A DNA stretch of 64,000 bases, taken from NCBI GenBank assembly GCA_963666835.2, contig CAXXGO010000001.1:1440001-1504000 (forward strand), given 5' to 3'. A program made the translations under genes and the position numbers. This document shows positions 1 to 9,909 of this stretch, piece after piece (the stretch's first letter is position 1; each line of letters opens with the position of its first letter). The DNA is from Phycisphaerae bacterium (GTDB taxonomy: Bacteria; Planctomycetota; Phycisphaerae; UBA1845). Under the pieces are notes generated by a model. It was not told where the DNA came from. It ran no database searches and was given only the letters and a program-made list of their open reading frames with translations.

Positions 1-1302
1 TCCGAAACGGCCATACTCGGCGGGCTTGCCCGCGCCGATCAGAACGAACTGTAGAAAGAACAGAAGAGCGGATACGGTTAGGGGGGCTGCGGTCGTTTTC
101 TTCTTCGCCAACGCGATACCCAATCCCAGCAAGCCGAGCAGGACGATGGGCAGGGTGGCCCCCTCGATGCATAGCTCGGCTACCCGGACCAGGCCCTCGC
201 CGAGCCGATCGACGCGGTACATTGCCAGCGAATTCCCGAAGTTGCTACTGAGAACCTCTCGGTTGGATATGGCGTTGATGACGATGTAGGGGTTCGTGGC
301 CAGATACGTGCCGATTCCGATAGCGGTACCTCCCGCAACCCGCAACAACACCGCCCCCCACTTGAAGCTTTGTCCCCGGCGGGTGTCGGGTTCCGGATCG
401 ACGGGTCCCCCGCCCGGATTCTCTCTTCTCCCTTGCCTGAGCAAGGCCCCCAGCGGGATTAGGATGAAGATCGGCCATGAAGACAGGACCGTGCCGAACG
501 ACGCTCCACAGCACAGGCACATGCCCCGCCAACTGCACCTAGTACCGCTCGACACGAAACGCATCGCAACGTACACGGCCAGAAGCATCAAGGCTGCCCC
601 GGGTAGGTGCGGCTTGGCTTCGTGGGACATGGAGATCACCACGGGCAGCAGGGTGAACAGCAGCGCGGCCAGCACTCCGGCTGCGGGCCCCGCCAGCCTT
701 CTTCCGATGGCGAAGACCGTGATCGTGCCGACCAATCCCCACAAGGCGGCGTACGCCCGGGCCGCGACGTAAAACTTGGCGAAATCGTCCGGATGGTCGA
801 GGTAGTAGACGACGTTACTTCTGACGTCGATCAATCCGAGAACGTCACAGAGCCCGATCAAAGCACCCACCGGATAGATGAACAACCCGCCGTACTGGTA
901 GAGCCGGGGGTCGAGGTCCAGTTGGGCCGGGTTCATGCCGGCCAGGGCCATCATGGTGATCATCTCGTCAGGTTGATGCGTGAACAGCCGGTAGCGCAGA
1001 TATATGCGGGCGAGGTCAGCTTCTGTGGCGGTCAGCGGGACGGCGGCATCGGGCGGGCGCGCCAGCGGGTCTGCGTCGACGTCAGCTCCTCGCACGCGAG
1101 AGAACTTGTCGGTCGCCCCGGCCAGGCGGTGGATTTTCTCTCCCGTCCAAGGCGGTCTCCCGCCGAAAAGAGACTCGTCAATCGCCCGGCTGGGCAGGCC
1201 CCAGGCCATGCCCAGAGCTGATAGTGTTGTGAAGAGCAGGAGGATTCCCCCCAGGGCGACGTGCTCAATGCGAACCGGCGATTTCGGCGTCTCGTCCGTC
1301 AT
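1..1302 (-). CDS. GT39/ArnT-like integral membrane glycosyltransferase (3' end runs off window)
   Basis: Read manually and absent from the ORF track. ATG at 1302 gives MTDETPKSPVRIEHVALGGILLLF...LFTHQPDEMITMMA...SHEAKPHLPG, with many TM segments. The PDE motif and H-x-x-K-P loop are typical of GT-C/GT39. The frame is open to base 1. Confidence 0.7.
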   Translation of the reverse strand, partial: MTDETPKSPVRIEHVALGGILLLFTTLSALGMAWGLPSRAIDESLFGGRPPWTGEKIHRLAGATDKFSRVRGADVDADPLARPPDAAVPLTATEADLARIYLRYRLFTHQPDEMITMMALAGMNPAQLDLDPRLYQYGGLFIYPVGALIGLCDVLGLIDVRSNVVYYLDHPDDFAKFYVAARAYAALWGLVGTITVFAIGRRLAGPAAGVLAALLFTLLPVVISMSHEAKPHLPGAALMLLAVYVAMRFVSSGTRCSWRGMCLCCGASFGTVLSSWPIFILIPLGALLRQGRRENPGGGPVDPEPDTRRGQSFKWGAVLLRVAGGTAIGIGTYLATNPYIVINAISNREVLSSNFGNSLAMYRVDRLGEGLVRVAELCIEGATLPIVLLGLLGLGIALAKKKTTAAPLTVSALLFFLQFVLIGAGKPAEYGRFG

Positions 1303-1761
1303 GGCTTTGTTGCGCGATCGAGCCGGGAGCGGCTGGTCCCGCAGAGTATTGGGTACGTGTAAGCGGTCGATGGTGGGTGTGTCAAACGGGAGAGCGGTCG
1401 CCGGCGTCAGCCGGCTCGAGTAGTTTGTGGGGAAGATCAACGCGATCGAGTTGTTTGGACCGGTTCTTGCCAGGAAATCTTGGATGTCGACCGGCCGTTA
1501 TTCCATGCGTTTAAGGGCTCGCTCGATGGTGGAGATTGCCCGGCGAACGGGATCCTCATGGTCGTGGGTCTTGGTCCGAGGGGCGAGTGTTTCGGGGTGA
1601 CGCGGGAGATCATCACCGGTCATGTGCGGTTCCGCCGAAGGGCCGAGTATTGGCGACCGAGGGGCAAGGTCGGTGGTTCCCCGTCGGCTCGTCCGAGGAC
1701 GCGTGGTTGCGTTGGATCGGGTTTCCACATACCTCCGTTCTAATAGACAGGACATGTTCAG

Positions 1762-2229
1762 ATGAGTCTTCGCGAGAATCTCCCCCGGGATGCTGTTGCG
1801 GAGTTGCGTACGCACGAGCCGATCACCATCGGTTCCGACGCGGCGGTGGGGGACGCTGTCGAGTTGATGAAGAAGAATAACTCCGGATGCTTGTTCGTGA
1901 CCCAGCACGGTTGCGCGATGGGCGTATTCACGGAGCGCGATGTGTTGACGAAGGTCATTGCCGGTGACCTTCCTTTGACGACGCCGATCGTTGACGTGAT
2001 GACGCCTAATCCACGGGTGGTACACGAGGGCGACTCCGTAGCGGATGTGATCCGCGAGATGCACGGCGGGGGTTTTCGGCACATGCCCGTGGTCGACGGC
2101 GACGGATGTCTCAAGAGCGTAATCTCGGTTAAGCGGGTGGTCAGATATTTGGTTGAGCACTTTCCTTCGGCGGTGTTCACTCTGCCCCCGGAGTCGGGAC
2201 AGGAACCACTTACTCGCGAGGGAGCCTAA
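1762..2229 (+). CDS. CBS-pair domain protein
   Basis: Two CBS motifs (GVFTERDVL; GGFRHMPVVD), directly upstream of the OFOR alpha gene. Confidence 0.9.
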   Translation: MSLRENLPRDAVAELRTHEPITIGSDAAVGDAVELMKKNNSGCLFVTQHGCAMGVFTERDVLTKVIAGDLPLTTPIVDVMTPNPRVVHEGDSVADVIREMHGGGFRHMPVVDGDGCLKSVISVKRVVRYLVEHFPSAVFTLPPESGQEPLTREGA

Positions 2230-2286
2230 GGTGCCGGTACGTGCGGTGTCTCTCTGTTTGAGTTTCATTGAGGAGCGTTGGTAGTC

Positions 2287-4161
2287 ATGGTCGTTTCGAC
2301 CCAGCCTGACCAATCCGGAAAAGGGGCCCAGCAGGTCATTGAAGTTGAGGAGATTGCGGTTCGCTTCTGCGGCGACTCCGGTGATGGAATGCAATTAGCC
2401 GGTACCCAGATGACCAATACCTCTGCAGTCTTCGGCAACGATGTCAGCACGTTTCCCGATTATCCATCGGAGATTCGTGCTCCGCTCGGTACGCTGGCCG
2501 GGGTTAGTGGCTTTCAATTGAACTTCGGATCGCACCGCTTGCGCACGCCGGGAGATCAGGTTAATGCCCTGATCGCGATGAACCCGGCTGCTCTGCGGGC
2601 GAATGTTGCCGATCTGGAACATGGCGGCGTGCTCATCGTCAACTCGGATGCGTTTACGCAGACCAATCTGGACAAAGCCGGGTATACCGAGAACCCCCTG
2701 GACGGCGATGGCCTGAACGCCTTCAAGCTCTACAAGGTTCCCGTTGATACGCTGAACGCAGAGGCTTGTGCGGGGTCGGGGCTGAGCGGTCGGGCGGTCG
2801 CCCGGTGCAAGAACTTCTTCGCCCTGGGGCTGTCTTATTGGCTTTACGGTCGCCCGATGGATCCGACGCTGAACTGGATCGAAGGAAAGTTCGGAACCAA
2901 GCCCGCTGTTGCGGATACGAACGCGAAAGCTCTCAAGGCCGGGTACTACTACGGTGAGACCGCCGAGATCTTCACGCATCGCTATGTCGTTGCTCCGGCG
3001 AAGATCGCGCCGGGCAAGTACCGCAAAGTAAGCGGTAACGAGGCGACGGCCCTTGGGTTGATTGCTGCGGCCCGCCTGGCGAAAAAGACCTTGTTCTACG
3101 GCACTTATCCGATTACGCCGGCGAGCGACATCCTGCACGATCTCTCGCGGCACAAGAACTACGATGTGCGAACCTTCCAGGCGGAGGACGAGATTGCGGC
3201 AATGACTTCGGTGGTTGGCGCGGCCTTCGCCGGGGCTTTTGCGGCTACCGGTACGAGTGGGCCGGGCTTGGCGCTTAAGAGCGAGGCGATCGGTTTGGCG
3301 GTTATGACCGAATTGCCCATGGTTATCGTCAACGTGCAGCGAGGCGGTCCGAGCACGGGGATGCCGACCAAGACGGAGCAATCTGACTTGCTGCAGTCGC
3401 TCTGTGGGCGACACGGCGAGGCGCCCTTGTGCATCCTGGCGGCTGCCACACCGGCAGACTGCTTTGCGATGAGCATTGAGGCGTTTCGGATTGCGGTTGA
3501 GTTCATGACGCCTGTGATTCTGCTGACCGATGGTTATCTGGCCAACGGTGCGGAACCCTGGCGGATTCCGGATGTCGCTTCTTTGCCGAAATTCGACATC
3601 AAGCACCCGACAACCGGCGATGACTTCAAGCCGTATCTGCGTAACGAGAAGTTGGCTCGCCAATGGGTCTTACCGGGCACAAAGGGTCTTGAGCATCGTG
3701 TCGGCGGGCTGGAGAAGCGCGACGTTACCGGTGAGGTTTGCTACGAGCCGGAGAACCACCACCGAATGGTGGAGCTTCGACAGCAGAAGATCGCCGGCAT
3801 TGCCGACACGCTTCCGCCCTTGGAAGTACTTGGGGACGAGAGCGGCAAACTGCTGGTAGTCGGCTGGGGGAGTACGTACGGGGCCATCACCACTGCCGTA
3901 GAACGATGTCGCAAGAAGGGCCTACCGGTTTCCAGTGTCCATCTTCGGTACATTGACCCGCTGCAGAAGGAACTGGGCGGTATTCTCGAGCGATACGAGC
4001 AGGTCTTGGTTCCGGAGATGAACCGCGGACAGCTTGTGTCTGTGCTGCGGAATCACTTTCTCCGCGACGTGACCGGGTTCTACAAAGTGCAGGGCAAGCC
4101 CTTCTTGATCAAAGAGATCGAGGCCAAGATCGAGGAAATGTTGAACGGAAAGGAATCATGA
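2287..4161 (+). CDS. korA: 2-oxoacid:ferredoxin oxidoreductase alpha subunit (gamma-alpha fusion)
   Basis: GDSGDGMQLAG, YPITPAS, QAEDEIAA, TSGPG and QRGGPSTG motifs. ATG at 2287 follows GAGGAG. Confidence 0.93.
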   Translation: MVVSTQPDQSGKGAQQVIEVEEIAVRFCGDSGDGMQLAGTQMTNTSAVFGNDVSTFPDYPSEIRAPLGTLAGVSGFQLNFGSHRLRTPGDQVNALIAMNPAALRANVADLEHGGVLIVNSDAFTQTNLDKAGYTENPLDGDGLNAFKLYKVPVDTLNAEACAGSGLSGRAVARCKNFFALGLSYWLYGRPMDPTLNWIEGKFGTKPAVADTNAKALKAGYYYGETAEIFTHRYVVAPAKIAPGKYRKVSGNEATALGLIAAARLAKKTLFYGTYPITPASDILHDLSRHKNYDVRTFQAEDEIAAMTSVVGAAFAGAFAATGTSGPGLALKSEAIGLAVMTELPMVIVNVQRGGPSTGMPTKTEQSDLLQSLCGRHGEAPLCILAAATPADCFAMSIEAFRIAVEFMTPVILLTDGYLANGAEPWRIPDVASLPKFDIKHPTTGDDFKPYLRNEKLARQWVLPGTKGLEHRVGGLEKRDVTGEVCYEPENHHRMVELRQQKIAGIADTLPPLEVLGDESGKLLVVGWGSTYGAITTAVERCRKKGLPVSSVHLRYIDPLQKELGGILERYEQVLVPEMNRGQLVSVLRNHFLRDVTGFYKVQGKPFLIKEIEAKIEEMLNGKES

Positions 4162-5180
4162 CTACCGATGCCGCACAGGCCAAGCTGACTCCCAGGGACT
4201 TCGCCAGCACGCAAGATGTTCGATGGTGTCCCGGCTGTGGTGATTACTCGATTCTCGCGCAGACCAAAAAGGTCCTGGCGAACGTTGGGATCCCACGGGA
4301 GAAGGTCGTATTCGTTTCCGGCATCGGGTGTTCCAGCCGGTTTCCCTACTATGTGAGCACGTACGGCTTCCATGGTGTCCATGGCCGGGCTCTGAGTACT
4401 GCCACAGGGATCAGGGTGAGCCGCCCGGATCTGTCCGTGTGGGTCACGACCGGTGACGGAGACGCCCTCAGTATCGGTGGTAATCATCTGATCCATGCGA
4501 TCCGCCGGAACGTGGATATCAACGTGCTTCTGTTCAACAACCGGATCTACGGCTTGACGAAGGGGCAATACTCTCCGACGTCTCCGCCGGGCAAACGCAC
4601 GAAGTCGACTCCGCAGGGAGTCATCGACTTCCCCCTCCACCCACTGTCAGTTGCGATCGGGGCGGAGGCGACGTTTGTGGCTCGCGCCGTTGACGTGAAT
4701 GTCAAGCATCTGGCCCACGTGCTGGAACGGGCGGCGCGGCATAAGGGTACTTCTTTTGTGGAGATCTATCAGAACTGTGCGATCTTCAATGAAGGGGCCT
4801 TCGAGTACGCGACCGGTAAGGACACGAAGGAGGATACTACGCTCTACCTGGAGCACAATCACCCGCTCATCTTCGGCAAGCATCGCAACAAGGGTATCCG
4901 GCTGGCCGGTATGGACCCCGAGGTCGTGACTCTGGAGGGGGACGTGGCCGAAGACGACCTGCTGTTTCATGATGAGACTCAGGCAGAACCCAGCCTCGCC
5001 TACCTGCTGAGCAGGATGCACTACCCGGAGTTTCCCGAGCCCATGGGGGTCTTCAGGTGCGTGGAAAGACCAACCTACGAAGATCTGCTGATGGAACAGA
5101 TCAACGGGGCCGTTGAGAAGCAAGGCGAAGGGGATCTGAAGGACCTGTTCGAGGCCGGTGACACGTGGGTCGTTGAGTAG
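4158..5180 (+). CDS. korB: 2-oxoacid:ferredoxin oxidoreductase beta subunit (TPP-binding)
   Basis: WCPGCGD, SGIGCSSR, GDGD...NN TPP motif and YGLTKGQYSPT. ATGA overlap with the alpha subunit. Confidence 0.93.
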   Translation: MTTDAAQAKLTPRDFASTQDVRWCPGCGDYSILAQTKKVLANVGIPREKVVFVSGIGCSSRFPYYVSTYGFHGVHGRALSTATGIRVSRPDLSVWVTTGDGDALSIGGNHLIHAIRRNVDINVLLFNNRIYGLTKGQYSPTSPPGKRTKSTPQGVIDFPLHPLSVAIGAEATFVARAVDVNVKHLAHVLERAARHKGTSFVEIYQNCAIFNEGAFEYATGKDTKEDTTLYLEHNHPLIFGKHRNKGIRLAGMDPEVVTLEGDVAEDDLLFHDETQAEPSLAYLLSRMHYPEFPEPMGVFRCVERPTYEDLLMEQINGAVEKQGEGDLKDLFEAGDTWVVE

Positions 5181-5275
5181 AAGGCCGGCTCAGCGGCGGG
5201 GTAGTCGCACGCGCGACTGTGGCCCGTCTCTTGGGCGGCAGAACGTCCTGGGAAATAGACTGTGTGGGTAACGGC

Positions 5276-5815
5276 ATGATTTGTCCCTTCTGTGATTTTG
5301 AGAATATCGAAGGCGTGGATCAGTGCGAGCGGTGTCAGGCTGATCTGGCCCACCTGCAAGGCGGAGAGAACCTCTGCTATATTGAGCACGATCTTCTGCA
5401 TCGTCCCCTGGGCGAGCTGGCGGTCCGCGATTACCTGGAAGTCACGCCTGAAACGTCCGTGGCGGATACCGTCCGGCGAATGAACGAGGGCGGCCATCAT
5501 TGTGCGCTGATCGTGTCAGACAAGCGGCTGGCCGGGATCTTCACCGAGCGGGATGTCCTTATTAAGCTGGCCGGGTGTGGCGAGCTGCCCTCGGACCGGC
5601 CAATCAGTGATCTGATGGTCGAGCAGCCGACCACGCTTTCCAGGACTGATACGGTGGCTCTCGCCCTGAACCGGATGATGGTTCGCGGTTACCGCCATAT
5701 TCCGGTGGTGGACGGCGATGGCAATCTGGCAGGAGTGGTGAGCGTACGGGACATCCTTCGGTATCTGGTCGAGAGGCACGGCCGGGATCTGAACGTCGCA
5801 AGCGCCGGCTCCTGA
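5276..5815 (+). CDS. Zn-ribbon + CBS-pair protein
   Basis: N-terminal CPFC-x10-CERC, then CBS motifs GIFTERDVL and GYRHIPVVD. Confidence 0.85.
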   Translation: MICPFCDFENIEGVDQCERCQADLAHLQGGENLCYIEHDLLHRPLGELAVRDYLEVTPETSVADTVRRMNEGGHHCALIVSDKRLAGIFTERDVLIKLAGCGELPSDRPISDLMVEQPTTLSRTDTVALALNRMMVRGYRHIPVVDGDGNLAGVVSVRDILRYLVERHGRDLNVASAGS

Positions 5816-6006
5816 TAGGATCCGGTTTTGGCGAGAATCGCAGGCCCTTCGCTGAATCTGGGATCTTCCGCTAAGAAGCCTCGCGGGCTGGTGTGGGAAT
5901 CGCGCAAGTTTGCGGTATGCGCAAACAAAAACCACTTCAAAACAGCCCGGAGCCGACTCGCGTACTCCGGGCGGTTTGAACGTCCGATATCGATGCCGGT
6001 GCCGGC

Positions 6007-6177
6007 CTACTCGGACGGTTCCTCGGTCTTGTTCAGTTTCCGCCGCTTCGCGTGCAGTTCCTTGATCCCCGCGGCGGCTTTCTCCCAAAGCTTGTAAGCC
6101 TCCTCGCGTTCGCCCCGCTTGTATGCGAGGGCGGCGTTGATCTTCTGACGGCGAAACGTCTTGTTTGGTCTGGGCAT
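6007..6177 (-). CDS. small basic protein (56 aa)
   Basis: MPRPNKTFRRQKINAALAYKRGEREEAYKLWEKA... with AAGAGG upstream of the ATG. Co-oriented downstream of selA. Confidence 0.65.
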   Translation of the reverse strand: MPRPNKTFRRQKINAALAYKRGEREEAYKLWEKAAAGIKELHAKRRKLNKTEEPSE

Positions 6178-6340
6178 CCTGGTCCTCTTATCGATCGAAA
6201 AACCCACCGCGACCGCCACGTGGTCGCAAGAGCCCCGTATAATACCAAGCTGCCCGGGAAACGCCAGAGGGTGCCGGCAGTTCTTTGGCGGCCGGACTCG
6301 GCGGAGCTCGGCAATCACTCAGCAGGGTCGCAACGGGCGA

Positions 6341-7756
6341 TTACTCGTCCTCTTCGCTATCCCAGACTGCTGCGGTGACCGCGGCGATCAGCTCGTCAAA
6401 GTCCGGCTCGCGGAGCGTGCGAAGATCAAAGCAGATCGCACCGTCCCGTATCCGGGCAACCACCGGTGTGTCGCCCGTTCGCAGGGCGGCAACTAACTCG
6501 TCCACCGCGGCACCGGACGATGGCCGCCACTGCACGACCACAGTCTGGATTTCCCGGCCCGGCATCGAGCCGCCGCCAACGAATCCTACGTCCGAGCACA
6601 CGAAAAACTGCTCCTCCGGCAGGGCGGCCGCCAATTGCTCACTGAGCCGCCGGGCGCGATCGGCCAGGTCGTCGGTGGACGCAACCATCATCGACAAATT
6701 CGGGATACACTCGATCGCTTCCTCCGGGTCTGCGTATAGCCGCAGGGTTGCTTCCAAAGCCAGCAGGGTCAGTTTGCCGAGGCGGTAGGTCCGCATAAGC
6801 GGGTTCGCCTCGATCCGCTCGATGAGGTCTTTTCTGCCGAGGATGACCCCGCATTGCGGCCCGCCCAGCAGCTTGTCGCCCGAGAAGCAGACCAGATCGG
6901 CGCCCGCCGCCAGGGAATCGCGCACGCACGGCTCCGGCGGCAGGCAATAGCCGACCATTTCGGTTATCAGACCGCTACCGAGATCGTCGACCGCGATCAG
7001 CCCGTACCGATGGGCGATTTCGGTGACGACCTGAATGCTCGGTTCGGATGTGAATCCCACCACGCGGTAGTTGCTCGGATGCACCCGCATGAGGATGGCG
7101 GTGTCATCGTTGATGGCCTGCTCGTAATCCCGGGGATGCGTCCGGTTGGTCGTGCCCACTTCGTGCAGGCGGGCACCGCTGGCGTGCATTATGTCGGGCA
7201 GCCGGTAACTGCCGCCGATTTCGATAAGCTGCCCTCGCGATACGATAACCTCCCGCTCGCTCGCCAAGCTCTGCAGGATCAGCAGAGTAGCGGCGGCGTT
7301 GTTATTCACCACCGTAGCGGCCTCGGCCCCGGTGATCGAGACCAGCAGCTCGCTTATGTGGGTATTCCGCCGGCCGCGTCGTCCGGTCTCCAGGTCGTAT
7401 TCCAGATTGCAGTATCCGGAAGCTCCGTCGACTATCGCCTCGATGGCCGCTTCGCAGAGGGGGGCCCGGCCGAGTCCGGTATGCAGGACGATGCCGGTTG
7501 CATTAATCACTCGTCGAATGGACGGGCGGGCGTGGTCCAGCAGCTCCTCCTCCGCCTCGGCGAGGATCTCCTGTACATCAACGGGCTCGTCGGTCTCTCC
7601 TGCTATGATCGCCTCGCGAGCCGAGTCGATCGCCTTCTGCAATGCCGCTACCACGGCAGGACGTGGTACCGCCGAAAGCCACTCGACGACATCCTCATGT
7701 TCGAGCAAACGAGACACGGATGGGAGTGACCGGAGCAGTTTGTTAGAGTCGGACAT
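6341..7756 (-). CDS. selA: L-seryl-tRNA(Sec) selenium transferase
   Basis: VINATGIVLHT.LGRA, VNNNAAA, EIGGSYR and the FSGDKLLGGPQ PLP-lysine motif. Confidence 0.96.
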   Translation of the reverse strand: MSDSNKLLRSLPSVSRLLEHEDVVEWLSAVPRPAVVAALQKAIDSAREAIIAGETDEPVDVQEILAEAEEELLDHARPSIRRVINATGIVLHTGLGRAPLCEAAIEAIVDGASGYCNLEYDLETGRRGRRNTHISELLVSITGAEAATVVNNNAAATLLILQSLASEREVIVSRGQLIEIGGSYRLPDIMHASGARLHEVGTTNRTHPRDYEQAINDDTAILMRVHPSNYRVVGFTSEPSIQVVTEIAHRYGLIAVDDLGSGLITEMVGYCLPPEPCVRDSLAAGADLVCFSGDKLLGGPQCGVILGRKDLIERIEANPLMRTYRLGKLTLLALEATLRLYADPEEAIECIPNLSMMVASTDDLADRARRLSEQLAAALPEEQFFVCSDVGFVGGGSMPGREIQTVVVQWRPSSGAAVDELVAALRTGDTPVVARIRDGAICFDLRTLREPDFDELIAAVTAAVWDSEEDE

Positions 7757-7779
7757 GGGTGATCCTCAGGTGAAGGCTG

Positions 7780-9753
7780 TCAGGACTGCTCATTCTCCGA
7801 TGGCGTATCGGCCAGGATCCTAAGGTCGTCGAGGCGCTTAGTGAAACCGATGCGATCGAGGTACTCCATGAACGGAATAACGTACTTCCTGGACGAATCC
7901 AGGGTCTCCCGCACCAGGGAAACAGAGACTCCCCCATGTTGCCCAATCATCTGGGTTACTCTCTTGCGGAGGTCCCGTTCCACTTCGGCGTGAAGGTACA
8001 GTTTCGGAGCCACCTGGATTAGTTCGCCGAGAGCTACGGCAAGGGTCGCCAGCCGCTCCATCCGCTTGCGATCCCCTTTGGGGGCGTTCTTAATTGCCTC
8101 CAAGGCGGGAGGCTGGAAACCTCCGGCCCGAATCTCCTCAACCATCTCCGCCAGGAGTTTCTCGTCAGCGTTGCTCAATTCCGGTGCAAAAGCCGGTAGG
8201 CAGGCGAATTTCCCGATGAGTTTGAGCGTCTTGGATTCGACGAAGGTCTCGAACAGAGATTTCGCCAAGGGGCGATTGGTCATGCGCTCCAGCCAGCCGA
8301 GCACTGAGTCGACGTGCCTTCCAGGTAGCTCGGGATGTCCCCGGTGATACCGTTCCAGCCATGCGCGCAGTCGTTGGGCTAGGTCGTCGGCGGCCTGAGG
8401 GACGGCGAACACATCCGTCCCTTTCATCCGGATCCAGCGTTTCTCGTCTTTAAGTTGCGCGATGATCTTGGGGATAGTGTCCAATTCAACACCTGCCCGG
8501 GCGCAGACTTGCAGGTCTGACACGGGAATGAACCCCGCTGCTCGCAGAACCTGCTCCACCCGGTCAATCGGGGCACCGGATTCCAGTATTTGCAGGCTTT
8601 CAAGTTCGGATTCCAGCCGCCGGCGCTTCCGCCGCGCCACCGGACGCAGTACGAAGCCGCCTCCGATCGTCCGGACGGCCGTCTCGTCCCGGATGATGAA
8701 CGGCTGCCGGTACGTGGTTGTGAGCGGAGTTCCGCTGCGGAATTGGGCGAACGCGGTTTCTCCCGGGTCGAGCCGGGAAGCCCCATCCAGCAGCACGACC
8801 CGGACCGGCAGTTCCACCGTGCCAATCCCCAGGCGGATGATGCTTGCGGATTTCAATGGGCGCCCGCACGACGGCAGGCAGCGTAACCGCACGTCGATCA
8901 TTGGCGACGGCTGCAGGTATCCCGGCGTAACCAGCTCCGAACCTCGTTGAATATTCGCGCGGTCGACATTGCTGACGTTGATCGCGCAGCGCTGCCCGCG
9001 ACCAAGCGAGTTGTGCTCGGCGCCGTGGGTTTGAAGCGTGCGGACCCGGCAAGTTGCAGCCGCCGGCCAGACCTCCAGGGTTTCCCCGACCTCAACGCTT
9101 CCGCGCAGGGCGGAGCCCGTGACCACGGTGCCTCTGCCCGGGACGGTGAATACGCGGTCGACGTCCATGCGGAAAGGACGGGCACTGGGGCGCGGTTGGA
9201 GGCTCGCCGCGGTCGTGGTTATCGTCTGGCGGAGCTCATCCACCCCGGCACCACTGACCGCCGACACCGGGCAGATTGGAGCGGCTGCCAACGCAGTTCC
9301 CGCCAGCAGCTCCTTCACCTCCTCCACGACCAATTCGACCATCTCGTCGTCCACCAGATCGATCTTGGTGACGGCTACCACCGCATGCCGGATTCCCAGC
9401 AGATTGAGAATGTCCACATGCTCGCGAGTCTGCGGCATCACCGAATCGTCGGCCGCTACGATGATAAGGGCCAGGTCGATACCGCTGGCTCCGGCCACCA
9501 TCGTCCGGACGAAACGTTCGTGCCCGGGAACGTCAACGACCCCGAAACAGATGTTCCCGATGACCAACTCGGCGAAACCGAGTTCGATGGTCATTCCGCG
9601 GCGTTTCTCCTCCGGGAGCCGGTCCGTATTGGTGCCGGTGAGCGCCTCGACGAGCAGAGTCTTGCCATGATCGATGTGTCCGGCGGTGCCCAGGATGAAG
9701 TGCTCCGTTATTGCACGGTGGTCGTTGGGTTGTGCTGGGTCCGTTGTCGACAT
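7780..9753 (-). CDS. selB: selenocysteine-specific elongation factor
   Basis: GTAGHIDHGKT, DVPGHERF, TKID and a C-terminal winged helix (SRKYVIPFMEYLD). True start is probably MSTTD at 9753; the track's extension to 10428 overlaps ggt. Confidence 0.95.
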   Translation of the reverse strand: MSTTDPAQPNDHRAITEHFILGTAGHIDHGKTLLVEALTGTNTDRLPEEKRRGMTIELGFAELVIGNICFGVVDVPGHERFVRTMVAGASGIDLALIIVAADDSVMPQTREHVDILNLLGIRHAVVAVTKIDLVDDEMVELVVEEVKELLAGTALAAAPICPVSAVSGAGVDELRQTITTTAASLQPRPSARPFRMDVDRVFTVPGRGTVVTGSALRGSVEVGETLEVWPAAATCRVRTLQTHGAEHNSLGRGQRCAINVSNVDRANIQRGSELVTPGYLQPSPMIDVRLRCLPSCGRPLKSASIIRLGIGTVELPVRVVLLDGASRLDPGETAFAQFRSGTPLTTTYRQPFIIRDETAVRTIGGGFVLRPVARRKRRRLESELESLQILESGAPIDRVEQVLRAAGFIPVSDLQVCARAGVELDTIPKIIAQLKDEKRWIRMKGTDVFAVPQAADDLAQRLRAWLERYHRGHPELPGRHVDSVLGWLERMTNRPLAKSLFETFVESKTLKLIGKFACLPAFAPELSNADEKLLAEMVEEIRAGGFQPPALEAIKNAPKGDRKRMERLATLAVALGELIQVAPKLYLHAEVERDLRKRVTQMIGQHGGVSVSLVRETLDSSRKYVIPFMEYLDRIGFTKRLDDLRILADTPSENEQS

Positions 9754-9909
9754 GGGGGCGATTATCGAAGCCCGACGCACCTGTGCAAGTGTTGGGGGTC
9801 GGGCACTCCAGAGTGTATAAGAAACGTTGGGCAGACTGACGGAGTTGGCCCGTTGGAAAGAAAAGGGCGGTGTTAACGTACCAAGCGGCCCTTTGCTAAG
9901 GACAACTTG

